Source of the DNA: Verrucomicrobiota bacterium
GTDB lineage: Bacteria; Verrucomicrobiota; Verrucomicrobiia; Limisphaerales; UBA1096
NCBI GenBank assembly: GCA_014382705.1
Contig: JACNJE010000133.1
Location: forward strand, 15,964 to 79,963
DNA: 64,000 nucleotides
Direction of reading: 5' to 3'
Of this stretch, positions 8,730-19,119 are shown one piece after another. The notes under the pieces were generated by a model, which was given only the letters and a program-made list of their open reading frames with translations, searched no databases and was not told the origin of the DNA. Each line of letters begins with the position of its first letter. Position 1 is the stretch's first letter. Made by a program: the position numbers and the translations under genes.

Positions 8730-10337
8730 TTATTCGCTCTTGCGACCAAAAACCTGCGAAGCCCCCAAGCCGATGAGGAAAATCGACAGCGTGCCGATGA
8801 TCGAGGTCATGTGCGCGTGGAACGGGCTGCGCAGCCACTCGAGGTCGCCGGTGAACTCCGGCGAAAACGTCAGCCACAGGATCACCAGCAGGCCCACGAC
8901 CGCGCCGAGGACGGCCCCGGCGTTGTTGGCACGACGGCTGATAAAGCCCAGCAGGAACAGCCCCAGCATGCCGCCGGCGAACACGCCGCTGAGCTTCCAC
9001 CATACGTCGAGGATGCCCTGCACGTCGATCAGCGCCAGCGCCACGCCGGTGCCGATGACCCCCCAGACAACGGTCATCACCCGGAGAAACAGCAGGCTTT
9101 GCGCCTCGTCGGCACCCGGCTTGGCCCAGCGCCGGTAAAAATCCTGCAGCGCGATGGTCGAGGAACTGTTCAGGCTCGTGTCGATGCTGCTCATCGCGGC
9201 GGCGAACAGCGCAGCAATCAGCAACCCGGCCAAGCCGGCGGGGATTTTGTTCGCGATGAAATGCGGCAGCACCTTGTCGCCGTACTGGTTTGGCGCCAAC
9301 TCCTCGGCCAAGCGCTTGGCCTCGGCGAGCGCCTCCGGCGACCCCTTGGCCAAGCCTAAGTCCTCCACCACCATCTCATTTGCCTTGGCCAATTTCACTT
9401 CCTGTAACAGGTCGGGTTTGGCCTCGTAGTAGGAAAAGAGGATGGCCCCGATGAAAAAGAACATCAGCGCCACCGGCATGTACATCAGCGCCCCCATCCA
9501 GACGGAACGACCGGCCGCCTTCTCTGAATCGGCGGCGTGGTAGCGTTGCACGAAATTCTGGTCGATGCCGAAGTTGGTGAGGTTCATCACGATGCCGTAC
9601 GCGAGCATGACCCAGAAGGTGGATTGTGCAAACGGCTTCACCGGCGCGAGACTGGCACCGAAATCCCCGAAGCTGAACTTGCCGGCCTCGCCGGCCAGTC
9701 GAAGCGCCTCCCCCGGCCCCTCCGGCATGCCGGTGAGGATCAGCACGACCACCACGATAGCCCCCAGCGTGAGGATCACGCTCTGGATGGCGTCGGTCCA
9801 GATCACCGCCTCGATGCCGCCGAGCAGCGTGTACAGTGTCACGGCGAAGCCGGAGACGAGAATGATCGCCGCGATGTCCCAGCCGGTCAGCGCGTGCAGC
9901 CCCATCGCCACGCCAAACATGATCGTCCCCACCCGTGACACCTGCGTCAGCAGATAGCAGACCACCGCATACACCCGCGCCCAGGCACCGAAGCGGGTCT
10001 CCAAATGCTCGTAGGCCGACAGCCCGGCGTGCCGGCGGTAAAATGGCACGAACCACTTCACCGCGATGAACGCCGCGATCGGCAGTGACAAACTGAAAAC
10101 GAACCCGTTCCAGTTGGTGCCATAAGCCTGTCCAGGCACGCCGATAAACGTGTTGCTGCTCAGGTAGGTGCCAAAGACCGACAGGCCGACCACCCAGCCC
10201 GGCAACGAACGGTTGGCCACGGTGAACCCATCCACCGTGCCGCTGCGCTTGCGAAAGTAGAATCCTGCCCCGATTAAAACCGCGAAGTAGACAAACAGGA
10301 CAACGACATCCGCTGTTCGCAACGCAGCCAGCATCAT
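8730..10337 (-). CDS. Sodium:solute symporter (SSF) family transporter
   Basis: Polytopic membrane protein with an SSF-like sequence. I moved the start to the ATG at 10337 (MMLAALRTADVVVLFVYF..), which overlaps the upstream sulfatase stop by ATGA. The track start at 10403 only adds an Arg-rich leader. Confidence 0.85.
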   Translation of the reverse strand: MMLAALRTADVVVLFVYFAVLIGAGFYFRKRSGTVDGFTVANRSLPGWVVGLSVFGTYLSSNTFIGVPGQAYGTNWNGFVFSLSLPIAAFIAVKWFVPFYRRHAGLSAYEHLETRFGAWARVYAVVCYLLTQVSRVGTIMFGVAMGLHALTGWDIAAIILVSGFAVTLYTLLGGIEAVIWTDAIQSVILTLGAIVVVVLILTGMPEGPGEALRLAGEAGKFSFGDFGASLAPVKPFAQSTFWVMLAYGIVMNLTNFGIDQNFVQRYHAADSEKAAGRSVWMGALMYMPVALMFFFIGAILFSYYEAKPDLLQEVKLAKANEMVVEDLGLAKGSPEALAEAKRLAEELAPNQYGDKVLPHFIANKIPAGLAGLLIAALFAAAMSSIDTSLNSSSTIALQDFYRRWAKPGADEAQSLLFLRVMTVVWGVIGTGVALALIDVQGILDVWWKLSGVFAGGMLGLFLLGFISRRANNAGAVLGAVVGLLVILWLTFSPEFTGDLEWLRSPFHAHMTSIIGTLSIFLIGLGASQVFGRKSE

Positions 10338-11659
10338 CGGTTGCGGCTGGCAGCGGCGTGGTCCGGCTGCGGCGTGGCGCCGGTGGCGACGTCCCGTTTC
10401 CACGCCTCCAGCGCAGCCGCCATGCGCTTGGCCCGGGCGGGATGCCGCTTGGCCAAGTCGATCGACTCGCCGGGGTCGTCATCGAGGTTGAACAGCCCGC
10501 CCTTGTTGCCGACCACGAATTTCCATGGACCGTCGCGGTGCGCCTGGCCTTTCCAGAAAAACCGCCGTTGGCCAAGCGATCCGCCATCGAGCAGCACCGG
10601 CCGCAAGCTCACACCATCCAGCGCGTGCCCCTTGGGTGCCTCGACCCCGGCCAAGTCGAGCATCGTCGGCATGAGGTCGAGCGAGATGACCATCTCGTCG
10701 CTCACCTGCCCCGGCGCAATCCGGCCCGGCCACCAGGCGATGCCCGGCACACGGTGGCCGCCCTCCCACACCGAGCCTTTTCGGCCGCGCAACGGGAAGC
10801 GGTATCCCTCCGGGCCGCCCATGTAAGCATGGCCGTTGTCGGAGCAGAAAATCACAAGCGTGTTTTTCTCCAGCTTCAGCTCGACCAACTTGTCGAGCAC
10901 CTGCCCGACGCATTCGTCCATCGCGCTCATCATCTGCACGAAGGCTTCCTCGACCGGGGTTTTCTTTTTGCTGCGATCCTTTTTCGGGCCGCGTTCGATC
11001 GGGCTGTCCGGCCCCTGGAACGGCGAGTGCACCGCCTCATGCGCGACGTACAGGCAGAACGGCCGCGCCTTGTTTTCGTCGATGAATCGCAGTGCGTGCT
11101 TTGTGATGAGGTGCGTCGAGTAGCCCTCCTCCTCGGCCGTTTCCAGGCCGTCCCACCAGTCGTACACCTCCATCCGGTCGTAGTGCGACCGGTAGTCGAT
11201 GTTGCCGCTGATGAATCCGCGAAACTCCGCGAAGCCGTGGTGCATCGGGTTGAACTTCTTTTTGTAGCCGAGATGCCACTTGCCAAAAATGGCCGACGAG
11301 TAGCCGGCCTTGGCCAGCAGCTTCGGGAACGTCCGCTCGCCGGGCCACAGGCCGCGGTGATGATCCGGCACCTTCGGGTCGGCGTTGATGACCGACGGCA
11401 CGCCGGCGCGCTCCTGATAACGGCCGGTGAGCAACCCGGCGCGCGTCGGGCTGCACACGACGCCGCTCGAATGGTAGTCGGTGAAGCGCATCCCCTCGCG
11501 CGCCATGCGGTCGAGGTGCGGCGTTCGGAGCCAGCCGCCGTAGGCACTCGTCGCGTTGTAACCCATGTCGTCCGCCATGATGATGACGAAGTTCGGCTTG
11601 GCGGCACCGGCGCACCACGCCGCGGCCAAGGCAGTGATGAGACAAAGAGAGGTTTTCAT
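10334..11659 (-). CDS. Arylsulfatase-family sulfatase (formylglycine-dependent)
   Basis: Signal peptide, an N-terminal IIMADDMGY metal-site region, and a C-x-P-x-R formylglycine motif (VVCSPTRAGLLTGRY). Confidence 0.9.
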   Translation of the reverse strand: MKTSLCLITALAAAWCAGAAKPNFVIIMADDMGYNATSAYGGWLRTPHLDRMAREGMRFTDYHSSGVVCSPTRAGLLTGRYQERAGVPSVINADPKVPDHHRGLWPGERTFPKLLAKAGYSSAIFGKWHLGYKKKFNPMHHGFAEFRGFISGNIDYRSHYDRMEVYDWWDGLETAEEEGYSTHLITKHALRFIDENKARPFCLYVAHEAVHSPFQGPDSPIERGPKKDRSKKKTPVEEAFVQMMSAMDECVGQVLDKLVELKLEKNTLVIFCSDNGHAYMGGPEGYRFPLRGRKGSVWEGGHRVPGIAWWPGRIAPGQVSDEMVISLDLMPTMLDLAGVEAPKGHALDGVSLRPVLLDGGSLGQRRFFWKGQAHRDGPWKFVVGNKGGLFNLDDDPGESIDLAKRHPARAKRMAAALEAWKRDVATGATPQPDHAAASRNR

Positions 11660-11665
11660 TTCAAA

Positions 11666-14600
11666 TCAATTTCGACCCTGCCCGGCAAGGAAGCGAATCA
11701 AATCGCGCAACTGCCCGCGCTTCAAGCCCGCGGTGAGCCCGGCCGTCATGGCGCTGCCCAGCTGCTCCTGCGAGCGGATGGTGTCGCGCGGGATCCGGAT
11801 CGTTCCCGGCTGGCTGAGCGGCCGCAGGAACACGTCGTCCGAGCGCGACCGCTGCTCGTAGCCCGCGTGCACATCGCCGGCTTTCGTGGTCACCCGCGTC
11901 AGGCTGTATCCCTCCTTCACGTGGCGGCCCGGCCAAAGCACCTCCTCAATGATCCGCTGCGTGCTGAGCGTGTTGCCGATCGTGTCAAGAGCCGGCCCGA
12001 TGAACGGGACGCCGCCATTCGTCGCCGGGCCGATCCGATGGCACACCGCGCAGCCGACGGCCTGAAACAGCCGGTGACCGTTCGCGGCGTCGCCCATTGC
12101 CGACTCGCGGGCCAACACCGCGACAAACTCCGCGCTGTACGGCGGCACACTGTTTTTGATGCCGGCCACCTGGCTCAGGTAATCGATCAACGCCGCCTCA
12201 CCGCTGCCCAACGACTGCAGCTTGGCCAAGGCCGCCGCCGCCGCTGCCGGGCCAACGTTGCGCTTGGCCAAGGCGGCCCTCAGCGCTGCGCCGCCACCCT
12301 CACGGTTCAAAAACGGGGAAAGCACCCCGGTCGTCGCCTGGCCAAGTGCCAGCCATTCCGCGCCCCGGGCCGCCGCCGCGCTCATGTCCAGACGGCACAG
12401 GCTGTCTAGCGCGGCGAGTTTCAGTTTCTCCGACGCGTCGGCGGAGTCGATCAGCTTGGCCAGGCGCCGGGCGTCATCGCCGCCCAGTTGGCCAAGCGTG
12501 CGAACCGCCGCCAAACGGATCGCCGCCGGTGTTTGTTTTTGATCCACCAATGCCGCCACTGCGGCGTGCAACTCGACCACCCGCCAGCGGCCGGCCAGGC
12601 CAAGCGCCTCCACCGTCAATGGCGCTTGGCCACCCGCTAGGGCTGGGCGAAGGCTCGCCGCCAGGTCGCCCTCCGGCCTCACACCGCGCGGGGAGGCGTT
12701 CAGCACCGCCCACGCTGCGGCCTGACTTTCGGGTGTCTTGTGGAAGCTCGGCTCGAAAAGCAGGCGCAATTCTCCCGGCCCGCCGAGGCTGGTGATGCCC
12801 TGAAAAATCCCCTTCAGCCCGTCGGCCCGGATCCCGTCGGCCTGGGCCAAGCTGATCAACTTGGAAAGCATTTGTTTCGAGCCGCCCTTCTCCAGCACGG
12901 CCGACAGCGCGCGGAGATTGTCCCCGAAATCCAGTTCGCCACTCGTCAACGCCGCCATCCAAACCGGCTCCTGATGCCGCACCGCCTGCGTGAAGGCGTA
13001 GTCGATCCACTTGTCGCGCGGATGATTCGTCACGGCAAGGGCGGCCAACTTGATGCACGCAGCCTGCGGCACCTGCCCGCAGGCCAACACCGCCTCGAGC
13101 CGCACAAGCGGATGGGCGTCGCCCGCCGCGATGTTCAGCAGGCCGGGCGCGTCGGCGAGGCGATCGTGCCAGCGCCCCGCGATGCGGGCGGCAAACGCGC
13201 GCGCCCGGGGGTCTTCCGCGCGCAGCACGCGCTCGAGCAGGCGCGGCTCCACGGCCTCGGCCATCGCACAAAGCGCCAGGGCCTCGAGCAGGTGACGGTC
13301 GTGCCGCGGATCGTCCTTCTCCAGTTCGGCCACAAAATGACCGGCCAAGTTGCCCACTTGAGATGGTTTGTAGTGTCGCACAAGCTGGAACTTGGCCTGT
13401 TGCCGCGTCCACCGCTCAGGGGACTTGAGCAGACCCACCAACTCTGTCGAGTCGGCCCCTTCAAACTTTGGCCTGGGGGCAAGCGGGCGGTTGTTCACCG
13501 TCAACCGCCAGATGCGGCCGTGGTGCAGGTCGCGTGCCGGGTCGCGGAAGTAGTCGTCCTGATGGCAGATGATCGTGTTGTAAAAGTCGGCGATGTAAAT
13601 CGCGCCGTCCGGGCCAATGCGAATGTCCACCGGCCGAAATTTCCTGTGGCTCGATTTGAGCACCGGTTCCTTCCAGTCGAGCCGGTAGCCGGAGCCGTCC
13701 GGCGTCAGCGCGAAACGGCGCACAGAGTTCGACTTGTAATCGTTAAGCACAAACTGGCCGCGCATCGGCTCCGGCCAATGCCGGCCGTTGATCATCTCCA
13801 CACCGCAGTAACCGCCCGGCTTGCCGATGCGGTCGAGCCGCAGCCGGTGCTTTGCGGGAATTGATGCCGGCGTGAGATAAGAGATGCCTCCCGCGCCATC
13901 GACGACCAGAGACTGGCCCCAGTCGTCAAACACCACGCCCCACGGATTCCCCGGCCCCATGAAATCGTCAAGCAACCCGTGGAGTTGCAGGCGGGACGGC
14001 CGCAGCCGATACACCCCCGCTTGGTATAGCGACGAAACGCCCCACGGCGTCTCCACCCGTGACTCGATGCCGTCGCCCTGGCAGAAGAACAACTCGCCGT
14101 CCGGGCTCCACGTGAACGAGTTGATCGCCTGATGCGTGTCGCCCGTGCCGAAGCCGCTCAGCAGGACTTGCCGCTCGTCTGCATGGCCGTCGTCATCAAG
14201 ATCCCTCAGAAAAAGCAAATCGGTCGCCTGTCCCACATACACGCCACCATCGGCGGTCTCCAGCCCTGTTGGGATGTTGAGGCCGTCAGCAAACACTGTT
14301 GAGCGATCCGCCTGGCCGTCCCCGTCGGTGTCGGTGAGCTGGATGATTTTGTCGTTAGGAATCTCGCCCGGCTTCAGATGCGGATACGACCAGGTGCAGG
14401 CGACGTACATCCGCCCCTGCGCATCCCAGCGCATCGCGAGCGGATTGGCCAAGCCGAGCGCCTCCGACGCGAACAGGTTCACGGCCAGCCCGTCCGCCGG
14501 CTGGAACGCCTTCAATTCCTCCTCCGGGGAACTCGCCGGAGTCGGCGGGGGCAACTCCGGCTGCGCCGCAACCTTCGGCTTGGCCAAGCCGTTGGCCACC

Positions 14601-15514
14601 GCGGCCACGTTTGCCTCTGCGGCGGCGATCAGTGCCGGGAGCTTGTCCCGCTCGTCGCGGATGCTCGGGACGTTTTTCCGGTTGCCGATACTGAACACGC
14701 GCCGGTTGTCGTCGCCGAACAGGCATTTCCAGTTGGCCGGACGCCAATAGTCGTACCACAGCCGGTGCTTCTCCCGTACCGCCGCCCGCAATGCCTCGAG
14801 GCCGGCGAACCGGCCCGGCCGCTCCACGCCCAGCGCCGCCGCCAGGTGCAGGGCAAACGCCGCCTGTTGGTCCGGCGCAATATGCTGGCCATTGCGCGTG
14901 AACGCCGCCTCGGCCCCGGTGAACAGGTCGACAAACATCGCCCCGTGTTTTTCCGCCCGTGACCGGAGCGCGTCGACGTAGCGGCCAAGGTCGGCGTTGC
15001 GCTCGCGCAAATTAGGCAAAAGTTGTCCATTGTTTTCGTTAACCGTCTCCCCGAACGGGGTTGGTGATACCACCACCAGTCTGCAACCGTCGCCACGGAG
15101 ACGGCCGAACAACCGGTCGGTCGCCTGGCCAAATGCATCGACCCCGGCGGCCCCGGCAAACGCCTCGTTTTTGCCCAGCTGCACGATCACGACCGTCGCC
15201 TTGAGCTTGGCCAGTTGCGCCTCCAGGTTGCCCAGTCCCTTGACGCCGCGATAGCCGCCACTGCGCCAGCGGTCCGTCTCCGTGCCCAGCGCAAACACCG
15301 TGTCGGCCTCCCACGACAGGTCGCGGAACCGGGGTGGATCATCCTTGAAACGCCACGCCAGCAGCGTCTCCAGGTGGCCGCTGCGCTGGGCGCGCACCAT
15401 GTCTGTGCCGCCGAGGAACACGACGACATCCTCCCCATCCAGATTCAGTTTCGGGCCGGCGGCGGCCAAACAGAGGCCGCCGACCAGCAGACAAAGGCAT
15501 AAAACCATTTTCAT
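11666..15514 (-). CDS. Multidomain PVC-type protein: SGNH/GDSL-like N-terminus, beta-propeller dehydrogenase-like domain, HEAT repeats, C-terminal cytochrome c (CxxCH)
   Basis: Signal peptide MKMVLCLCLLVGGLCLAAA. I start at 15514; the track start at 15592 is a TTG inside a palindrome copy. The central region resembles the putative membrane-bound dehydrogenase domain common in Planctomycetes/Verrucomicrobia. CAVCH haem-binding motif near the C-terminus. Confidence 0.8.
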   Translation of the reverse strand: MKMVLCLCLLVGGLCLAAAGPKLNLDGEDVVVFLGGTDMVRAQRSGHLETLLAWRFKDDPPRFRDLSWEADTVFALGTETDRWRSGGYRGVKGLGNLEAQLAKLKATVVIVQLGKNEAFAGAAGVDAFGQATDRLFGRLRGDGCRLVVVSPTPFGETVNENNGQLLPNLRERNADLGRYVDALRSRAEKHGAMFVDLFTGAEAAFTRNGQHIAPDQQAAFALHLAAALGVERPGRFAGLEALRAAVREKHRLWYDYWRPANWKCLFGDDNRRVFSIGNRKNVPSIRDERDKLPALIAAAEANVAAVANGLAKPKVAAQPELPPPTPASSPEEELKAFQPADGLAVNLFASEALGLANPLAMRWDAQGRMYVACTWSYPHLKPGEIPNDKIIQLTDTDGDGQADRSTVFADGLNIPTGLETADGGVYVGQATDLLFLRDLDDDGHADERQVLLSGFGTGDTHQAINSFTWSPDGELFFCQGDGIESRVETPWGVSSLYQAGVYRLRPSRLQLHGLLDDFMGPGNPWGVVFDDWGQSLVVDGAGGISYLTPASIPAKHRLRLDRIGKPGGYCGVEMINGRHWPEPMRGQFVLNDYKSNSVRRFALTPDGSGYRLDWKEPVLKSSHRKFRPVDIRIGPDGAIYIADFYNTIICHQDDYFRDPARDLHHGRIWRLTVNNRPLAPRPKFEGADSTELVGLLKSPERWTRQQAKFQLVRHYKPSQVGNLAGHFVAELEKDDPRHDRHLLEALALCAMAEAVEPRLLERVLRAEDPRARAFAARIAGRWHDRLADAPGLLNIAAGDAHPLVRLEAVLACGQVPQAACIKLAALAVTNHPRDKWIDYAFTQAVRHQEPVWMAALTSGELDFGDNLRALSAVLEKGGSKQMLSKLISLAQADGIRADGLKGIFQGITSLGGPGELRLLFEPSFHKTPESQAAAWAVLNASPRGVRPEGDLAASLRPALAGGQAPLTVEALGLAGRWRVVELHAAVAALVDQKQTPAAIRLAAVRTLGQLGGDDARRLAKLIDSADASEKLKLAALDSLCRLDMSAAAARGAEWLALGQATTGVLSPFLNREGGGAALRAALAKRNVGPAAAAAALAKLQSLGSGEAALIDYLSQVAGIKNSVPPYSAEFVAVLARESAMGDAANGHRLFQAVGCAVCHRIGPATNGGVPFIGPALDTIGNTLSTQRIIEEVLWPGRHVKEGYSLTRVTTKAGDVHAGYEQRSRSDDVFLRPLSQPGTIRIPRDTIRSQEQLGSAMTAGLTAGLKRGQLRDLIRFLAGQGRN

Positions 15515-15580
15515 GTTGCGGAAAAAATGTTGCGGCACGCAATTGAGCCACAGTTGCCGCGCCGAAACGAGTCCCGTTTT

Positions 15581-15596
15581 GCGCTTGGCCAAGCGC
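15581..15596. repeat. Perfect 16-bp palindrome copy, intergenic
   Basis: GCGCTTGGCCAAGCGC lies 3 nt downstream of the prepilin-like gene stop (minus strand). Its TTG creates the false MAKRK start of the track ORF. Confidence 0.95.
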
Positions 15597-15598
15597 GT

Positions 15599-16423
15599 TC
15601 AGCGGCGGGGACGCTTCGGCGGAGCGGAACGTTCCTGTAGCCAGAGGATGTCGTCGTTCCTTGGCGAAGGAACGAAGATCGGGATATTGACCCCTTTGCG
15701 GATCGGCACCGAGGTGCGCGGGTCGAGCCACTTTTTGATGACCGCGTGTCCGTCGGCCAGCGTCACGCCGGCGGCGTTGTTGTGGTAGCTGGCCGGGTAA
15801 TCGACCCATCGCGTCGAGCTGGGAATGCGGGGATTGTAGCCGGTCATGTCCACGGCGAAATAGCCGTTGTTGATGCGATCCTCCCGCTGGTCGAGCACGA
15901 CGTACAGCTTGCTCAACGACTTGCCGGTGGCATCGGAGAGCTTGCGGATCGGCCGGAAGCCGGCCTGCCATCCCTGCAACGCCGGCGGATTGAGGAAGCC
16001 GTTCATCGCGATGCTCCGCACGCGCGGCAATTGCTTGCCCCCGTGCCGCGACGTGCTCATGTCAGCGGGGCATTTCCACACACCGAGACTCCGGTGGTAC
16101 GGCCAGAGATGGCTTTGCATGAGGTACACGGTGTTGGTGTTGTCCGGCACCGGTTGCGCGTAATTGAGCCACCCCCTCACCCACGACCGGTTGCGCGTCG
16201 GGAACACCGCGTTCGGCACAAGCCGGCCGTCGTGGTCATCCGCGTACATCGTCCACGAGAAACTCATCTGCCGCAGGTTGTTCATGCAGCTGATGCCGGT
16301 TGCCTTGGCCTTCGCCTTGGCCAGGGCAGGCAGCAGCATCCCGGCGAGGATTGCGATGATGGCGATCACCACCAGCAACTCGATCAGCGTGAAGCCGCGA
16401 AGTTGGCGCTTGGCCAGGCGCAT
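15599..16423 (-). CDS. Prepilin-type N-terminal cleavage/methylation domain protein (pseudopilin-like, PVC paralog family)
   Basis: The N-terminus [41 protein letters not shown] is the classic type IV pilin/pseudopilin leader plus hydrophobic helix. Confidence 0.85.
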   Translation of the reverse strand: MRLAKRQLRGFTLIELLVVIAIIAILAGMLLPALAKAKAKATGISCMNNLRQMSFSWTMYADDHDGRLVPNAVFPTRNRSWVRGWLNYAQPVPDNTNTVYLMQSHLWPYHRSLGVWKCPADMSTSRHGGKQLPRVRSIAMNGFLNPPALQGWQAGFRPIRKLSDATGKSLSKLYVVLDQREDRINNGYFAVDMTGYNPRIPSSTRWVDYPASYHNNAAGVTLADGHAVIKKWLDPRTSVPIRKGVNIPIFVPSPRNDDILWLQERSAPPKRPRR

Positions 16424-16426
16424 GGG

Positions 16427-16993
16427 TCAGTCGTCCGACGGGGCACTGCCGCCCATGACCTTGGCCAAGACCAGCCCGACCAGCGCCCAGCCGACGATCT
16501 GCTCGCCAACTTGGCGGCCAACGTAATCCAGGCTGTTCCCCCACCAGTTCCAGCTCGGGATCAACTCGGTCAGCACCGCGAACACCGCGAAACAAAGCAC
16601 CAAGGCGATGCGACTGCCCAGCGTGCGCGGATTGGCCGCCAGCAACACAAACATCAGCACCGCCGAGGCGAGCACATTGACGGCGAACTGAACGCCGAGC
16701 ATGGCACCGAAGCCGTGTCTCCCGTCACGGTTCACCGTGCCAAACAGGCTGAAGCCGGTGGTTAGTTTTTCCATCGCCTCGGCTTCGGCTTCCGAGTCGC
16801 CCGGTTCGGGCAGCGGAATCAGAATCATCCCGCTGCCTTCGAGATTCTCCTTCAACACCGCCTCCACGGCTGCGGGATCCTTCAGTTTCACAAAGGCATC
16901 GTCATACACCCCGAGCGCCATGTGTACAGCTGACTGCCACACGAACAAAACCACGCCGCCGAGCAGCGCGCCGGTGATCACTTTTTTGCACAT
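16427..16993 (-). CDS. Hypothetical integral membrane protein
   Basis: Several hydrophobic helices. The probable start is MCKKVITGALLGGVVLFVW at 16993 rather than the track start at 17065. Its stop is 3 nt upstream of the next gene's start. Confidence 0.6.
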   Translation of the reverse strand: MCKKVITGALLGGVVLFVWQSAVHMALGVYDDAFVKLKDPAAVEAVLKENLEGSGMILIPLPEPGDSEAEAEAMEKLTTGFSLFGTVNRDGRHGFGAMLGVQFAVNVLASAVLMFVLLAANPRTLGSRIALVLCFAVFAVLTELIPSWNWWGNSLDYVGRQVGEQIVGWALVGLVLAKVMGGSAPSDD

Positions 16994-17140
16994 AAGATTT
17001 CGTTTCGGTTGTCGGTCGGGCAAACCCTCCCCCCATCCGCACCCGAACGCAACGCCAAATACCACTCCCGTTGCCGTTCCCTGATGGCTTGACCCGGCCC
17101 GGGCGTTCCGACACGCTTTGCGGACTCAAATCCTGCTGTC

Positions 17141-18643
17141 ATGAGTACACGAACCATTGCCGGCCAAGCCCTGCTGCCCGAGGTGGAGGCGTTTCTTTCG
17201 AAAGATATCCACGGTGCCGCGATCGGCGGCCGGGAGGTGTTCGCCTCAAACGGGGACACGTTCGACACCCACGACCCCGGCACCGGTGAAACGCTGGCCA
17301 CCGTGGCCAATATGCAGCCGGACGACGTCGAGCAGGCTGTCGCGGCAGCGCAGGAAGCGTTCGACAAAGCCGACTGGGCGCGACTGCCCGCGAACGAACG
17401 CGGCGTGCACCTCATGCGACTCGCCGATGCCGTCGAGCAGCACAGACTCGTCATCACCCAAATCGAGTCGCTGGACTGCGGCAAGATCGCGGCACAGGCG
17501 GAGGAGGATGTTCAAAACTTCATCGATACCATCCGGTATTTTTGCAACCTCGCTCAAGGGCTGTCTCTCGACACCGCAATCCCGGTGGCTGGTCATGAGG
17601 CGTCGGTGGTGCGGCACGCCTGGGGGCCGTGCGGGTTCATCGTCCCGTGGAACTTTCCCTTCCTGCTCTGTGGCTGGGGCATAGGCCCGGCAATGGCCGC
17701 CGGCAACACCTGCGTGGTGAAGCCGGCCGAGGACACGCCACTCTCCACCCTGTACGTCGCGCACTTGGCCAAGGAGATCGGCATCCCGGACGGCGTGATC
17801 AACGTCATTCCCGGCGTCGGCGAAGTAACCGGCGCCGCCCTGTCCAAAAACCGGAATCTCCGCCGGATGTCCTTCACCGGCTCACCGGAGGTCGGACGGA
17901 TGGTGGCGCGGGAATGCGGTCAAAACCTGATCCCGGTAAAGCTTGAGCTTGGCGGCAAAGGCGCGGCGGTCGTGTTCGACGACGTCGACATCCCCGATGC
18001 CGCCGACAAACTTGCCCAAGCCATCACCTTCCACACCGGTCAGGTCTGTTGCGACGCCACACGCTGGCTGGTGCAGAAATCGATCTACGACGATTTTGTG
18101 AACACCGCCGTCGAGCGGCTCAAGGCGGTGCAGATCGGGCATCCGCTTGGCCAAGCGACCCAAATGGGGCCGGTCGTCAGCGACACCCAGCACAAGCGGG
18201 TGCTCGGCTATCTTGAGAAAGGCACCGCAGCCGGCGCGGAAACCGTGCTCGCAGGCGGTGCTGCCAAGGTCGAGGGATGCGACGGTGGCCACTACGTCAA
18301 ACCCGCGCTGCTGGCCGGTACATTGGACAACCTCGCCGCAAGGGAGGAGATCTTCGGCCCGGTGGCCTATCTCGCCCCGTTCAGCGACGAGAGCGAAGGC
18401 ATCCGCTTGGCCAACGACACCGACTACGGCCTGGCCAACAGCGTCTGGTCCAGCGACCTCGCGCGGTGCAAGCGGGTGGCCTCCCTATTCGAGGCGGGCA
18501 ACGGCTGGATCAACTCGCACAACGTGGTCGTCCACGGCGTCCCCTATGCCGGCGTCAAAAAAAGCGGCATGGGCGGAGGCGTCGTCAGCCTGGAAACCTT
18601 GCTCGACTACTACCGCAGCATCTCCGTCATCCGCCCACTCTAA
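17141..18643 (+). CDS. NAD(P)+-dependent aldehyde dehydrogenase
   Basis: ALDH-family length (500 aa). Catalytic Glu region LELGGKGA and catalytic Cys region FHTGQVCCDATR. Confidence 0.9.
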   Translation: MSTRTIAGQALLPEVEAFLSKDIHGAAIGGREVFASNGDTFDTHDPGTGETLATVANMQPDDVEQAVAAAQEAFDKADWARLPANERGVHLMRLADAVEQHRLVITQIESLDCGKIAAQAEEDVQNFIDTIRYFCNLAQGLSLDTAIPVAGHEASVVRHAWGPCGFIVPWNFPFLLCGWGIGPAMAAGNTCVVKPAEDTPLSTLYVAHLAKEIGIPDGVINVIPGVGEVTGAALSKNRNLRRMSFTGSPEVGRMVARECGQNLIPVKLELGGKGAAVVFDDVDIPDAADKLAQAITFHTGQVCCDATRWLVQKSIYDDFVNTAVERLKAVQIGHPLGQATQMGPVVSDTQHKRVLGYLEKGTAAGAETVLAGGAAKVEGCDGGHYVKPALLAGTLDNLAAREEIFGPVAYLAPFSDESEGIRLANDTDYGLANSVWSSDLARCKRVASLFEAGNGWINSHNVVVHGVPYAGVKKSGMGGGVVSLETLLDYYRSISVIRPL

Positions 18644-18681
18644 CGCTTGGCCAGGCGTGGTTGCGTGTTTGACAACTGCCG

Positions 18682-19119
18682 ATGGGATGCAATCCTTGGG
18701 TTGGAATGATCATGCAAAAAGTTCTCGCAGCTATTTTGGGTGCAATTGTTGCCTCGGCGGTCTTTTTTCTCGTTGCGTTTGTCGATAATGCCGTGCGGCC
18801 GACGCCAGTTGAGTTGATGGATCCAGCCACGCCGGAAGCAGTGGCCGAGCGGGTGGAATCCACCCCGGTGAGCAAATGGCTCGTGGTGATGTTCGGGCTT
18901 GCGCTCGGTTCGTTTGTTGGCGGCATCACCGGCGCGAAGGTTGCCGGTGGGAAAACGGTCTGCGTCGCGATCAGCATCGGCCTGCTGCTGACGCCCTGGG
19001 CCGGTTACACATTTTACGTCGTCTATCCAGCGGTGCTGTGGGTGCCAATAGGAATGCTGATCTCGGTCTTTCTTTTCTCCTATCTTGGTGGGTGCGTGGT
19101 GCGGAGCCACAACAAATGA
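18682..19119 (+). CDS. Small hydrophobic membrane protein
   Basis: Four hydrophobic segments. The start could be the internal ATG (MIMQKVLAAILG..) at 18706. Its stop overlaps the next start (ATGA at 19116-19119). Confidence 0.55.
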   Translation: MGCNPWVGMIMQKVLAAILGAIVASAVFFLVAFVDNAVRPTPVELMDPATPEAVAERVESTPVSKWLVVMFGLALGSFVGGITGAKVAGGKTVCVAISIGLLLTPWAGYTFYVVYPAVLWVPIGMLISVFLFSYLGGCVVRSHNK

